Positions 18,746-28,950 of a stretch of DNA of 64,000 nt are shown here, one piece after another. A program made the position numbers and the translations under genes. This stretch comes from Giardia intestinalis (taxonomy: Eukaryota), in assembly GCA_000002435.2 (NCBI GenBank), contig CM018791.1, one strand, 5' to 3'. Numbering within the stretch: the stretch's first letter is position 1; every line of letters begins with the position of its first letter. The notes below the pieces were generated by a model, which saw only the letters and a program-made list of their open reading frames with translations, was not told where the DNA came from and did not search any database.

Positions 18746-18816
18746 TTTTCATGCTAGGACAAGCTGGCTCTTACAGAAAAAGGAAAATCTGAACTTTAAA
18801 ATCTTAAAAATCGTGC

Positions 18817-19221
18817 ATGGAAAAAGAGATCGACTATGCAGCTCTTGAGCAGCGCGCTAAGGAGCTTTATGCTCAAATCCAGGACGTGAACGTTCCAGAT
18901 AGATTTAAAAACCCTTCCAATTTTTCCACACAAAAGGTCAGTCTCGACAACTCAGCACCACTGATTGCGAACGGATCCCAGAGCCTTTCGGCCACGGCGA
19001 CAGAATCTAGAAAGTCAAATGCATCCATGTTTTATACTACTTCTAACAGCGAGTATGGAGACTTCACACCCTCCATAGTTGAGATGCCCACGCAGTGGAA
19101 TGGGAACAAAATTATCGTGAGTCGTCAGCAAAATAATGTCGTCTATCGATACGACGGATTCAACACCGAGGTCGACAAGAATAGATACATGGACCCTTAC
19201 GTCACTATCCGCCGCAAGTAA
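18817..19221 (+). CDS. Small hypothetical protein (134 aa).
   Basis: ORF preceded by an A/T-rich stretch (ttaaaatcttaaaaatcgtgcATGG). It fills the gap between flanking genes with 48 bp to the next ATG. No recognisable motif. Confidence 0.45.
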   Translation: MEKEIDYAALEQRAKELYAQIQDVNVPDRFKNPSNFSTQKVSLDNSAPLIANGSQSLSATATESRKSNASMFYTTSNSEYGDFTPSIVEMPTQWNGNKIIVSRQQNNVVYRYDGFNTEVDKNRYMDPYVTIRRK

Positions 19222-19269
19222 TCAGTTTTAAAATAAACATTTCTTTGTCACGTTTTAAAGGCGCCACAG

Positions 19270-22200
19270 ATGATGACCTCTATGCGCCAGCTGGGCAAGA
19301 ATAGACACTATAGAACGCAATCTCCGGTCTCTGTGGGCTTCGACTTCGGAGACACTATCCCTGAGTTGACGTTCCGGGCGACAGATTGGCTCTTCGCTCA
19401 CCTTCCAGCTTGTGCAGGCCACTCTCAGATGGTGTGCCCCGGAGCCATGCTGGTTGGAAATATGACTGAAAAGCAACTCAGTAAGCTTCGACGGACCATT
19501 TTTGTCTTCCAGGCAGACGGGGTCCTGTTCTCGAGTATTGAGGTTGTGCTTGCAGATGAGCATTTAGATGTCTTGGGATTCTGGCACCTAGAAAGCACTA
19601 GTGATTTACTGGTTGTCTATAAACAAGGGCTTGCACGCGTTTTTACCCTTAAAGGCTGGAGGCTACGAGAATTGCGTCTCTTCAAGAACCCGAAGACACA
19701 GACGTCTGTTCTTGCGGCGAGCTTCGCCAAGGACTCCTTTATTGCTCTGTTTAATGAAGGCACTCTAGTGTTCTACGAGAACCTCGCTGGAGCCATATTT
19801 TCCTCCAAGCAACCGCGCTCCCGCTCCATACGGCCGCCAATCCTGTCAACCATATTTGCTGGCGGGGCCCCGCAAGCAAATGATGTAGCGTTTTTGCGCC
19901 TGGTCAATGGCTCTGAAGAGTCTATGGACACAAAGTTTGTTATTCTAGCTACTACCCCTGAAAGCGACCCTGATCCACGTTTGATATTCTTCCCTTTAAA
20001 TACACAATCTATTGAGTCGTATTGTTACACTAGTTCAGAGCTTTGTAAAGCCGTTCAGCTGAGCCCCGGTTCCGTTCTCTTCACGAATGCCGTATTACAC
20101 CACAGTTGCGACTGTGTTATAGTGATTGATGAGTACTCATTGTCTTTGGTCGTGATTAACATATTGTCTCTGCGCAAGGACTTTGCCACAGGTGCCCCAC
20201 GACTCCAGCTTTTCTTTTCGGTGCCATCCGCTGGAGAAAGGTCCATTCAGGTCAACCGAGCAGCAGGTCTTTCGGGGCTCCACAGCTCTGCTTTCCTCTG
20301 TTCTTTCTGTGATATTTTGCCTTGCTATTATGATAACTATGGCGGTGACGGTGAAATACGCATCATAATTCCGACCTCTGCTCGCGATCCGAAGGAGGTT
20401 CGCCTGGAGAGCTTGGAAGCTTCCAGTGTATTTTATATGGAAGGGTTATTGAGTGGGTTGCTCTACAAACAAGATGACCCCGATGAAGCTGCCACAATGC
20501 ACTTTGTTCGACTTAACCAAGATCTTTATAATATTGAGACTAGCGCCGAGAACCACCCTGGGGCACTTTTATATCAAATCTCTACGCAGCTACGCAATGC
20601 CAAACAACATGGTTCGAGCTATGATGTCAAGGAAGTCTCATCAAACATGTTACTCCAGATTCTTGAGCCCCAAATGAACGTGGCAGTCACAAGTGTCTTA
20701 CATGCTATTTCATCCATCGATGATTGCAAGCAACAAATGGAATACTTGAGTGCAGCAGCTTTAGGGAAGCTCTTCCTCAAGGCAGACGAGTTCCTGAGCA
20801 TAACGGAGCAGTATGATGACACGCGTCGCCGTCTGCGTGTGCTTGGGGACTTCAATCGACATACTGTTGGTGGAGCGCTGCCTGCCGAAGACTTTTTCGG
20901 CAGATATGCGGTCCACACCTTAGTGGGATACTACTCGTCCCGCGGAGATCATGAGCGTGCGCTACGGACTACTCTCTATTTCTATAATAATAGCGAGGAA
21001 GCCATCAATCTCACATTTACCGTTCTCATGCGCCTTGCGGTTGACTATTTTCTCAATCCTGCTTACTTAAAGCAAGACGAGAGGAACATCATTAAGGTGC
21101 TCGACATCAATCTGGGACGCTTCCCCACTGTGACCGGAATCTATAGAAAATTGATTGACTTTCTGGTCTCTTTAGAGTGTTATCCGCGAAACGAACTGAT
21201 ACTGACTCTGATCGATAAGGAGCCTGCGATCTACGATCGTATAGCATTACTCCTCACAACCAGGAACTATAGAAAGGCAGCAGAGCTTTGCCTACAATGT
21301 GGAGTTGCAAGCTCTTTGACACACCTCGGCTATATGCTCTGCAGAGACAAGGATATAGGGGGCTACGACATGAATGCAGCACTCACCGTATTTCTTAGGA
21401 TGTTCTCGCAACAGCAATCGCCTCAGGATCACTCAATTCAGACAAGCCTTTTCACCTGTCTCCTTCACATGATGATCACAGTCCTGGAAGCAGAACGGAA
21501 TCTACCACAATTGTCCACCTCTGAGCAGAGCACTGCCCTCACCCCTGCGTGGGTTAACTATGAGTTCTTTATTAAGCTATCCAAGTCACTGTCGCTGGAA
21601 ACGGAAACCACACTGGTAATGCTTACAGCACTGTTCCACAGCTCTGCCTTTGGTGGTGACTGCAATACTATTATAGATGCTTTGCACACCCACGCCACTC
21701 CGCCACGCGCATACCAAGTCACATGCGACAATCTATTGCGTGCCAAGAGGTTTATTACATGCTTTATGGATGACGATGTCGTGGAAGCTAAGGACAAAAG
21801 CAAGAAGTCTAAGGAGAGAGCGCGTGGTGGTGTAGATCCAAATAGCTCTAGCAGCCAACTAAAGTCCGTCACAGAGGTAATGAATGACACTGGAAGACAG
21901 ATTTTTAGGCATTCTTTTGCTATGCTTGCAGGTGATGTTGGAAGCGACTCTGCGAGCAAAAGTACTAAAAAGTTTTCTATTACTGATCTTCCTAAAGCCA
22001 GAGAGCTCAAAAAGCACATTACAGGTGACTTCAAGAAGGACGTCTCAGCCGAACTAGTGTATTTGTCTGTCTGTGAGGGCTTTGTTATGGCAGCGTCTAA
22101 AGAAAATGCACAGTCACCTATCAATGTAAAGACTATGAGGCTGCTTATGGATGCCTTGCACGAGTTCTGCACATCAATAATTCCCAGTAAGGTTCTTGCT

Positions 22201-22467
22201 GTCATTGCATACCCTCTTCTTACCGTAATAGAACAAACCCTTTCAACAGAAGTGCATATCACACAGTCTAATATCTACAGAGAGTTGTATGGATTGCTCG
22301 ATCCTGTCTCCAGAGCCAGGGCTGCATTGCGGTCTGGCAAGGCAGATGAGCTTGCTGCTGCGCTAGAGAGTGTTGGATTAGCAGACATGGAGCCCTTCAG
22401 CATAGCCTCCATGTCACTGTCAGCAGAGCTACAGGCAGTAATAATGAAGGCGCGCTCTCTTAAGTAG
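19270..22467 (+). CDS. Hypothetical protein (1065 aa).
   Basis: Long ORF with an A/T-rich leader (ttttaaaataaacatttctttgtcacgttttaaaggcgccacagATGATG). No domain recognised by eye. Confidence 0.8.
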   Translation: MMTSMRQLGKNRHYRTQSPVSVGFDFGDTIPELTFRATDWLFAHLPACAGHSQMVCPGAMLVGNMTEKQLSKLRRTIFVFQADGVLFSSIEVVLADEHLDVLGFWHLESTSDLLVVYKQGLARVFTLKGWRLRELRLFKNPKTQTSVLAASFAKDSFIALFNEGTLVFYENLAGAIFSSKQPRSRSIRPPILSTIFAGGAPQANDVAFLRLVNGSEESMDTKFVILATTPESDPDPRLIFFPLNTQSIESYCYTSSELCKAVQLSPGSVLFTNAVLHHSCDCVIVIDEYSLSLVVINILSLRKDFATGAPRLQLFFSVPSAGERSIQVNRAAGLSGLHSSAFLCSFCDILPCYYDNYGGDGEIRIIIPTSARDPKEVRLESLEASSVFYMEGLLSGLLYKQDDPDEAATMHFVRLNQDLYNIETSAENHPGALLYQISTQLRNAKQHGSSYDVKEVSSNMLLQILEPQMNVAVTSVLHAISSIDDCKQQMEYLSAAALGKLFLKADEFLSITEQYDDTRRRLRVLGDFNRHTVGGALPAEDFFGRYAVHTLVGYYSSRGDHERALRTTLYFYNNSEEAINLTFTVLMRLAVDYFLNPAYLKQDERNIIKVLDINLGRFPTVTGIYRKLIDFLVSLECYPRNELILTLIDKEPAIYDRIALLLTTRNYRKAAELCLQCGVASSLTHLGYMLCRDKDIGGYDMNAALTVFLRMFSQQQSPQDHSIQTSLFTCLLHMMITVLEAERNLPQLSTSEQSTALTPAWVNYEFFIKLSKSLSLETETTLVMLTALFHSSAFGGDCNTIIDALHTHATPPRAYQVTCDNLLRAKRFITCFMDDDVVEAKDKSKKSKERARGGVDPNSSSSQLKSVTEVMNDTGRQIFRHSFAMLAGDVGSDSASKSTKKFSITDLPKARELKKHITGDFKKDVSAELVYLSVCEGFVMAASKENAQSPINVKTMRLLMDALHEFCTSIIPSKVLAVIAYPLLTVIEQTLSTEVHITQSNIYRELYGLLDPVSRARAALRSGKADELAAALESVGLADMEPFSIASMSLSAELQAVIMKARSLK

Positions 22468-22470
22468 CCT

Positions 22471-22477
22471 AGTAAAC
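22471..22477 (+). promoter_or_regulatory. AGTAAAC poly(A) signal immediately 3' of the 1065-aa gene.
   Basis: tagcctAGTAAACtac begins 4 nt after the TAG stop at 22465-22467. This is an exact AGTRAAY match at the canonical distance. Confidence 0.5.
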
Positions 22478-22690
22478 TACTCTTTCCCCCAATCCGCCAT
22501 AAGCTGAGCTTCACGCAAAGCCATGGAGTGGCAAGAATCTTAAAAGCTATGGAGCACAGGACTTCACGGGAATCTAGAACCTTATCCTGGAGCTCTTGTC
22601 TTTCCCCGCCTGTAGCCGTACTGTCGGGTTCTACCTCTGGTAAATTTACCCACTATCAAAATTCTTTGTGGGCGCTGAGAATCCTGGTAG

Positions 22691-23392
22691 ATGCTGAGCC
22701 GCCTACAGAAGAATGGCCAGTTAGTCACTGATAGGCCAAATCAGACACATGACGCAGTTGTTCTGTTACAAAGGAAGGTGACTGATTTGTCGCAGATCCT
22801 TTCACAGGTCATGGGGCAGCTGGAAGTCCAAAGCGACGAGATCTCCCGCTTGAAAGAACGATGCTCAGTAATGGAAGGTTGCAACAAAGATCTCCAGGCA
22901 CGTGCAGATGTGTCGGAAAGAACTGCAGAGAAATTGCAAAAGGCTGTCTTGAGGGTAACAAAGGGCCTAACTGAGGTGGCCAACTCTACGTTTATTCCCT
23001 CTTCTGGCGCACCTGACCCAACAACGAATGGAGACCGCAGGCCACTGCTTCAGTCTAATCCATCAACAACGTTAGGTGCCGGCACCAAACGCGCTGCCTC
23101 CGGCAGATCATCTACTCAAAAATCACGAAGGTCTGTTTCAATAGATGAAGTTCCTAGCGTAGAAAACGAAAGAATGGGTCTAAACCATGGACCAGATGCT
23201 CCTGTACCCAGCAACCTACGGAGCCAGACCCTCAAGCTATCTCATCTAAACACAACCGCAGCACCACCTGCACAGGGAACCAATCAAAGCACCGCAAAAG
23301 GGCCGCCATCTTATGCCAGCGTCGTTCAGAATATCAATACGCGCCATGTAACAGCTGACGGCAGAGTCCTTGAGCGGATAAAGCTAATTTAG
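22691..23392 (+). CDS. Hypothetical coiled-coil / low-complexity protein (233 aa).
   Basis: The N-terminal ~90 aa have heptad-like charged/Leu periodicity. The rest is Ser/Thr/Pro/Asn-rich. There is no A/T-rich initiator before the first ATG, so the start is uncertain. Confidence 0.4.
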   Translation: MLSRLQKNGQLVTDRPNQTHDAVVLLQRKVTDLSQILSQVMGQLEVQSDEISRLKERCSVMEGCNKDLQARADVSERTAEKLQKAVLRVTKGLTEVANSTFIPSSGAPDPTTNGDRRPLLQSNPSTTLGAGTKRAASGRSSTQKSRRSVSIDEVPSVENERMGLNHGPDAPVPSNLRSQTLKLSHLNTTAAPPAQGTNQSTAKGPPSYASVVQNINTRHVTADGRVLERIKLI

Positions 23393-23559
23393 TTTGATAA
23401 TAATTTAATCTGGTAAGTTTCAGTGTTTGCCATATGCAGTCGATAGTAGCGGTCTATAAATATAGACACAGATGCCTTGCAGCTTACGCTTCCGTATCTC
23501 ATATAGCCGAACTGAGAACAAACTCTTTGAATCAAAGTTTTGGCCACAAATCTGTATTT

Positions 23560-24693
23560 CTATTCATATATGAAGCACCCTCGTGAGGCATTATCTGGTG
23601 CCGAGTCTCTGGTTAGGTCACTCTGCGTACCCTCGAGCTTTTCTGAAGAGCACTCCCACCTGTCTGCAAAGATAGAAACAGATTCGAAAGCATCGTCGTC
23701 ATATGGGCTGCAGGAGATCTTCCTGTCAGAGCACCTGTCATTGGCTTCTTCCCTCTTCTGTCTGGCAGACTTCAAATGGGCGTATCTGGATTGCCTACGG
23801 GATATGTGGAGCTCTAACGCTTCTTGTTCACACTTAAAGCAGCTCCATTTTAGAATTATAAACAGCAGCCTAAGTGGGCCCGGGGATTTGTAGAACGAGT
23901 GAACATTCCACAAAAGCATGCACTTATAAAGAGGAATTTCCCAAAGGAAGCAGTCGCCTATGCGCTTCTCATCTGATGTTCTAGCGAAGATGTCTGGTGG
24001 AGGAAGTGGGGTGGTCACACACTTTGTGAGGGATGGAGAAGGGACCAGTCCGACTGGTCCGGACATATAAATGTCCTCGGTGATACCTGGGTATGGTCTA
24101 ATTCCGTGGCAACTGAGTGCAAGGGCGATAGAAGACGGCTCTATTGTTGAGTTTATCACGCGCTCTGTACTGTTTTCTTGACATATCTTCACAGACACGT
24201 CATGCAAAGAAGACAGTGAGCTATAAGAAACAAAAATAGACAACCTGACTGTGTACCTCTGCTCTGGTTGCACTTCTGTGCCACGCTTTTCTGTGAGCTC
24301 GTTGATGCTCCCCATTAGCTCTAGACACTCTAAGAAGGTGCTATTCGGCCTGGAGTGATGGTACGATCCATAGACAGTAATGTATAGTAAGAAGTCCGCT
24401 GTCCTAAGATAATCTAAGAGGTCAGACAAGGCATCCTTCATGGTGGCGAGGTTCTTGGATCGTGAATCAGAAGATGTGTTGGGGGAAAACAGACCGTAGA
24501 GAACAAGTGAGAGGCACTGAATTCTAAACGAAACAAAGAGGCGGACGTGTTGGAGAAGACAACATGGGAATAAATCGTAATTGTGCTGAAAACTGGATCT
24601 TCCAGTGCCATCTGCCACAATGACAATGTGTTGGGGTAGCTCCGTGGGCAGTTGACGCCGGATAAACTCTGTTAGCATGGAACCAACCCCCAT
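23560..24693 (-). CDS. Hypothetical protein (377 aa).
   Basis: ORF with a confirmed ATG at 24691-24693. No recognisable motif. A short sense-strand ORF (23540-23893) overlaps its 3' part and is taken as spurious. Confidence 0.5.
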   Translation of the reverse strand: MGVGSMLTEFIRRQLPTELPQHIVIVADGTGRSSFQHNYDLFPCCLLQHVRLFVSFRIQCLSLVLYGLFSPNTSSDSRSKNLATMKDALSDLLDYLRTADFLLYITVYGSYHHSRPNSTFLECLELMGSINELTEKRGTEVQPEQRYTVRLSIFVSYSSLSSLHDVSVKICQENSTERVINSTIEPSSIALALSCHGIRPYPGITEDIYMSGPVGLVPSPSLTKCVTTPLPPPDIFARTSDEKRIGDCFLWEIPLYKCMLLWNVHSFYKSPGPLRLLFIILKWSCFKCEQEALELHISRRQSRYAHLKSARQKREEANDRCSDRKISCSPYDDDAFESVSIFADRWECSSEKLEGTQSDLTRDSAPDNASRGCFIYE

Positions 24694-24729
24694 TTCAGCA
24701 AGTCGCGTGTCCAGTCCAGAACGGGTTTT

Positions 24730-27700
24730 TCATAAATATTTCCCCATCATCTCCTGCAACATAGGGTCTGAAAATTTGCCATAGAGCAGTGAAAGCGCTC
24801 GGTTGAGCACACGGCTTGTTGATCTGTGACCCATGAGGTTTAGGTTTAAGGACTCACAGATAGATATAATTACATTAAGCTCTTCTATTGAAAAATTAGT
24901 ATCAATCCCAAGGCATGCTTCGCACATGGAGATGACATCTGCGTATACTTGGATAAAGAAGGGGTCGGCAATGTTAGGGTAGAAACGTTCTACAATTGCC
25001 ACAAACGCCTTGTAAATGGCTGAATCACGCCAGACGTGCCTACAGTCATTACAGCTATAGTTTGTAATCAAGTCAGCTGATGCATGAAGAATGGGGGTGT
25101 CTATGGACGCCTCTATCTCATCTTCAACAGATGGCTGGCCGTCTAAACGCTGCGTGATAAGTCCAGAGAAAGCAGATAGGCATGGAGCTACTGTGGTAAG
25201 CGCAGTGATGTCGGAGACATATGTATTTAGCTCCACAAGGCACTCTTGGGCATAGTTGTTAGTATATGTTGGACAAATGGAGTCCGTGCTCATATATTTG
25301 TAAAGTTCTATGGCTCTTCCAGCCCCGAATTTGATATTCTTCTCTACCGACTGATCATAGATGGGAATGTTCTGCTGAGGTATCCCAAATTGTTCCAACG
25401 AGTTCGTGGCGTCTGTTTTACTTGTGCATAATTGAGTAGCAGATGAAGGATGCTCTAGCGTATTGCTTATGTGAAGATAGGAGTGTGCTGCATACATAGT
25501 TGTACACTTAGACCAGGGGGAGCTAGTCAGTATTTTGTCCTGAGTGACAGAGTGAAGAAAAACATGAAGTGGATTAGAGTAGAGATTGATTGCTAAAGAA
25601 CATGGATAGCTAGTGTTTGCTTTCTGAGTGTTTAATAGGATTCCTTTGAGGGCCAAAAGGGAGAATTGAATTGCATTTGAATCACTAGGATTGCTTGTTT
25701 TCAAAGAAATGGAAACCTTTTCTAATAAACAACCAACAAGAGTAGAGTATTCGAGCATGCAGTGTGTCCTTAGCTTGCTCAGCAATCGCTTCCACCACTC
25801 CACATGTATGCTGTGGAGTTGTGAAGAGTCGGAGAACGAAGGTGTGTTGATATCTGACGCGATTGTAAGTAGATTGATGTGTAGTAGACGTGTATACCGA
25901 TGGTACAGAAGTACAAGCTTGTGGTTGAGGCGCAGGAGTCTGGCCTCATATAGACATGCACACATGTCTTTAGGGCGAGGGTGGCACAGATTGATGGCCA
26001 GCTGAGATAAATCAACCGTTAAGTCAAGTTGTCGTTGAAGTAGCATGTCAAAAGCCGCAAACGTTACCTTAGTAGACCATCCCTCAGCACTGGAACAATA
26101 TGAAGGAATGACGGAGTATCGCCAAGATCTGGACAGGTGGCAAATTTCGTCGATGTCTTTAAGGTAAAACGTATAGCTCGGCTGTGGGATGCACTTAAGA
26201 AGACCGGTAAGATCTATAGTGGACTGCATTGGAAAGTTAATAGATCCACTTATCGGGCGGCTCAAATAAGTTAGCTCAAGAGAGAGACTAGCACAGTCAC
26301 TTTCTAAAGACTTTTGCTCCAGGTCCTTTGCTTCAATCATGGGAGTAAACTGAGATGTGAGTTTAGAAGACATTGACTTTTTGCTTACCACAGAAGTCAC
26401 ACTACTATCAAGATCCGCTGCTTGCTTCTGTTTCTTCCTTTTTCTCTGGAATTGTGAAAGCAAGACCTTCCGCTGTGAGACGAGGGTGTCGATAGATAAT
26501 TCTTTGTGCCTAGGTCCTGAGCGTTTCTGAGGTGGCTGCTCGTCTAGTTCATCAAAGGCTGTTGTATCTGCCACGCTGGTGGTAACGGTACTTGTTAGGA
26601 AATTATCAGGAGAATCATTGACACTGTGCACTTCCGAGTGCAGTGCATTGAGATCGGTAAGTGTTGGCGGCGCAACGACAATAGGAGGAATGCTCGGCTC
26701 ACCAGGACTACGGGGTTCGTCTGTGTAGTCAGTCTGGCAAGTGTGCATAGCACTGGGAATGCGTGCAGGATTGGCAAGACGCCGAGAGGTGCTAAGGTTG
26801 GTAGCGGATACATCCTGGTGAGTATGGGGAGACGGGGTGCTATCTGTGGCCTTTGAAGTAGTTCTTGCAAGTGTGCTTGCCCCAGATTTCGGGTCGTTCA
26901 AAGCTAGCGTTATAAGTGACGAAAGAAGTGAAGTAGGGTGCAATGAATCCATACCCACGTCCGGGTAGTTTTCCTTATTAAGACCGGTCCACCCGCAAAG
27001 GGCCTCAACATCTAACTTTGGGGCTTCAGGTAGGCCTGCTATTTGTCTAACACGTGTATGCATATATACGCTAGCCAATTCAGCATATGAAATAAAGCCA
27101 AAGGGAGTATCTGCGTAGCCTCCAGACCCACTCATAGGAGATATAACATATTCCAACATACGATCTATCGTCGTTCGAGCCGCATGCATATCTGTTAGTA
27201 TTTGCTCCTTGCTTAGGTCAACTAATGACAAGGCCATGTAGTGAAGAAGATACTGTGCCTGCGACTGGTATTTAGAAATGTAGCTGGATACCGGAGGGAG
27301 CTTCGAAAACTGCTTTAGTGCATAGTAGGCTTGAAAATTACAGACCTGAAATGGTAACAGTGCAGAGTAGGCAATGTACATGGATCCATAAGATGGTAAT
27401 GCGACAATAACAAGTTGTGCTGTGCTTAGAGAGAAGGGCTGGATGAAGAGTAGATAGTTGGCGTGCACTAGAAGGATAAACTTATGTAAGGTAGCAGTGA
27501 CATACTCGTAGTTAAAGAGATAAGTAGAGTCGCGTTCTGCTGGTAAAGTCTTTTCATGTGGAGCATTAGCTTGAAACGCTGTCCTAGGTGCATCTTCCGT
27601 CACCTTTTGTAACGGAGTAGCAAGAGAAAATGTGAATATAGATGCAGTGAGGCACGCGCATATCTTAATCATGGTACAGCCTAGAGAGTGGCACGAAAAG

Positions 27701-28569
27701 ATCGCTATAGGCTGTGGGGTAGTCACCAGATCTATCAAGACACTCTTGCACTGTATGGACCCTCTGCTAGGGAACGGGTGCACCTTGTAGCGTGCTGGAA
27801 TGGTGACGGGAAGGCGCCTGATCTCGTTCAATTGATTATTGTACCAGCGATAGAGCCGAAGGACCAGCAGTTGGGTAGACCCTCGGGCATCGAGTTGTCC
27901 CAGCAACCGAGCGTACATGTGTCTCATGCCGTTTACGTCTATGTACTTATTTGCAGCAGTAGGTAGTTCAATAATAAGCACATAGGGTGGAGAACCTTGA
28001 ACATGCAGAGCCTCCCCAAAGATGTGGAGTGAATCAGCCACCGGCCGAATGATAAGTTGCTGAGTTTGCAAGCGGGTGCGCTTAATGAACAGCTTGGTAA
28101 GGACAGGAATATACGTCAATAGCAAAAGATATGAAGAGTCTCCCGGAAAGCATACGTCAGCAGGACTCCGAAGGCGAATGGAGGCGGTGAGTCCTTGCTG
28201 TTTAAGGTTAGTGACCGTTATGGTATACTGATATCGTGCACCCCAATCACGAGTAACAGTTGAAATGGCAAGAAGATGCCCATTGGGAGAAATAGCTGCT
28301 GAAAGTATGCGGCTCGTGGAAGGAAGAGAGGATAAAAGGGTAGCGCTCTTATTATGCTGGTGATCGTGTAATAAGATCTCTGAGAAAATACAGCGCTGAT
28401 TTTGCAGACGGCAAATAATTTCTCGAACCAAAAGAAATCTGGGTGAAGTCTCGGTGCCGACATCAAGAACACATGGTCCAGAGTGAACTCCAATCACCCG
28501 GAGATTTGCAGGACCCTCTGTGGTCCCTGAAGAACGAGGGAAGAGGCGTTCACGCGTTATCGTTAACAT
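24730..28569 (-). CDS. Large hypothetical protein (1279 aa). The N-terminal region is beta-rich (possible propeller). The central region is Ser/Thr/Pro-rich with basic stretches.
   Basis: Uninterrupted 3.8 kb ORF with a confirmed ATG at 28567-28569. The central low-complexity region includes a KRKKQKQ basic cluster. Confidence 0.8.
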   Translation of the reverse strand: MLTITRERLFPRSSGTTEGPANLRVIGVHSGPCVLDVGTETSPRFLLVREIICRLQNQRCIFSEILLHDHQHNKSATLLSSLPSTSRILSAAISPNGHLLAISTVTRDWGARYQYTITVTNLKQQGLTASIRLRSPADVCFPGDSSYLLLLTYIPVLTKLFIKRTRLQTQQLIIRPVADSLHIFGEALHVQGSPPYVLIIELPTAANKYIDVNGMRHMYARLLGQLDARGSTQLLVLRLYRWYNNQLNEIRRLPVTIPARYKVHPFPSRGSIQCKSVLIDLVTTPQPIAIFSCHSLGCTMIKICACLTASIFTFSLATPLQKVTEDAPRTAFQANAPHEKTLPAERDSTYLFNYEYVTATLHKFILLVHANYLLFIQPFSLSTAQLVIVALPSYGSMYIAYSALLPFQVCNFQAYYALKQFSKLPPVSSYISKYQSQAQYLLHYMALSLVDLSKEQILTDMHAARTTIDRMLEYVISPMSGSGGYADTPFGFISYAELASVYMHTRVRQIAGLPEAPKLDVEALCGWTGLNKENYPDVGMDSLHPTSLLSSLITLALNDPKSGASTLARTTSKATDSTPSPHTHQDVSATNLSTSRRLANPARIPSAMHTCQTDYTDEPRSPGEPSIPPIVVAPPTLTDLNALHSEVHSVNDSPDNFLTSTVTTSVADTTAFDELDEQPPQKRSGPRHKELSIDTLVSQRKVLLSQFQRKRKKQKQAADLDSSVTSVVSKKSMSSKLTSQFTPMIEAKDLEQKSLESDCASLSLELTYLSRPISGSINFPMQSTIDLTGLLKCIPQPSYTFYLKDIDEICHLSRSWRYSVIPSYCSSAEGWSTKVTFAAFDMLLQRQLDLTVDLSQLAINLCHPRPKDMCACLYEARLLRLNHKLVLLYHRYTRLLHINLLTIASDINTPSFSDSSQLHSIHVEWWKRLLSKLRTHCMLEYSTLVGCLLEKVSISLKTSNPSDSNAIQFSLLALKGILLNTQKANTSYPCSLAINLYSNPLHVFLHSVTQDKILTSSPWSKCTTMYAAHSYLHISNTLEHPSSATQLCTSKTDATNSLEQFGIPQQNIPIYDQSVEKNIKFGAGRAIELYKYMSTDSICPTYTNNYAQECLVELNTYVSDITALTTVAPCLSAFSGLITQRLDGQPSVEDEIEASIDTPILHASADLITNYSCNDCRHVWRDSAIYKAFVAIVERFYPNIADPFFIQVYADVISMCEACLGIDTNFSIEELNVIISICESLNLNLMGHRSTSRVLNRALSLLYGKFSDPMLQEMMGKYL

Positions 28570-28950
28570 CCTCTTCTTTAAAAATTTGTGCTACTCTACT
28601 CTACCCTATCGTTCTCAGGTAATTAATGATATCATAAAAAACAGAGAGACTTGTTAGTCGTGCACTCTACATAAGCTCAAGCCTAGAATTTAACAGATGT
28701 TTCACGGAGTAGAATGGAACTAATTATATTTGGGATTGATGTTTTATAGGTCTCCTGCTCTTTTTAGAGTTGCACTAAGCTGACGAGGTTTCCTCTTTCT
28801 TTGCTTATGGTTCATGCTTTTCTGACGCTGATTGGATTTGCTTGCAGGTTATTACTGAGCTCTACTACTGTTTCCGCTTCAAGTGAACTTTCTGCCGGCC
28901 GCGTTATACAGTATCATTGAAGATTTGTTATAACAACTATAACTCAAAAA

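Noticed and set aside
28884-28890. An AGTGAAC poly(A)-signal-like motif on the plus strand about 60 bp upstream of the 28951 ATG.
   Set aside because: No plus-strand gene ends upstream of it, since the neighbouring gene is on the minus strand and starts at 28569. It is most likely a chance occurrence in A/T-rich promoter sequence.
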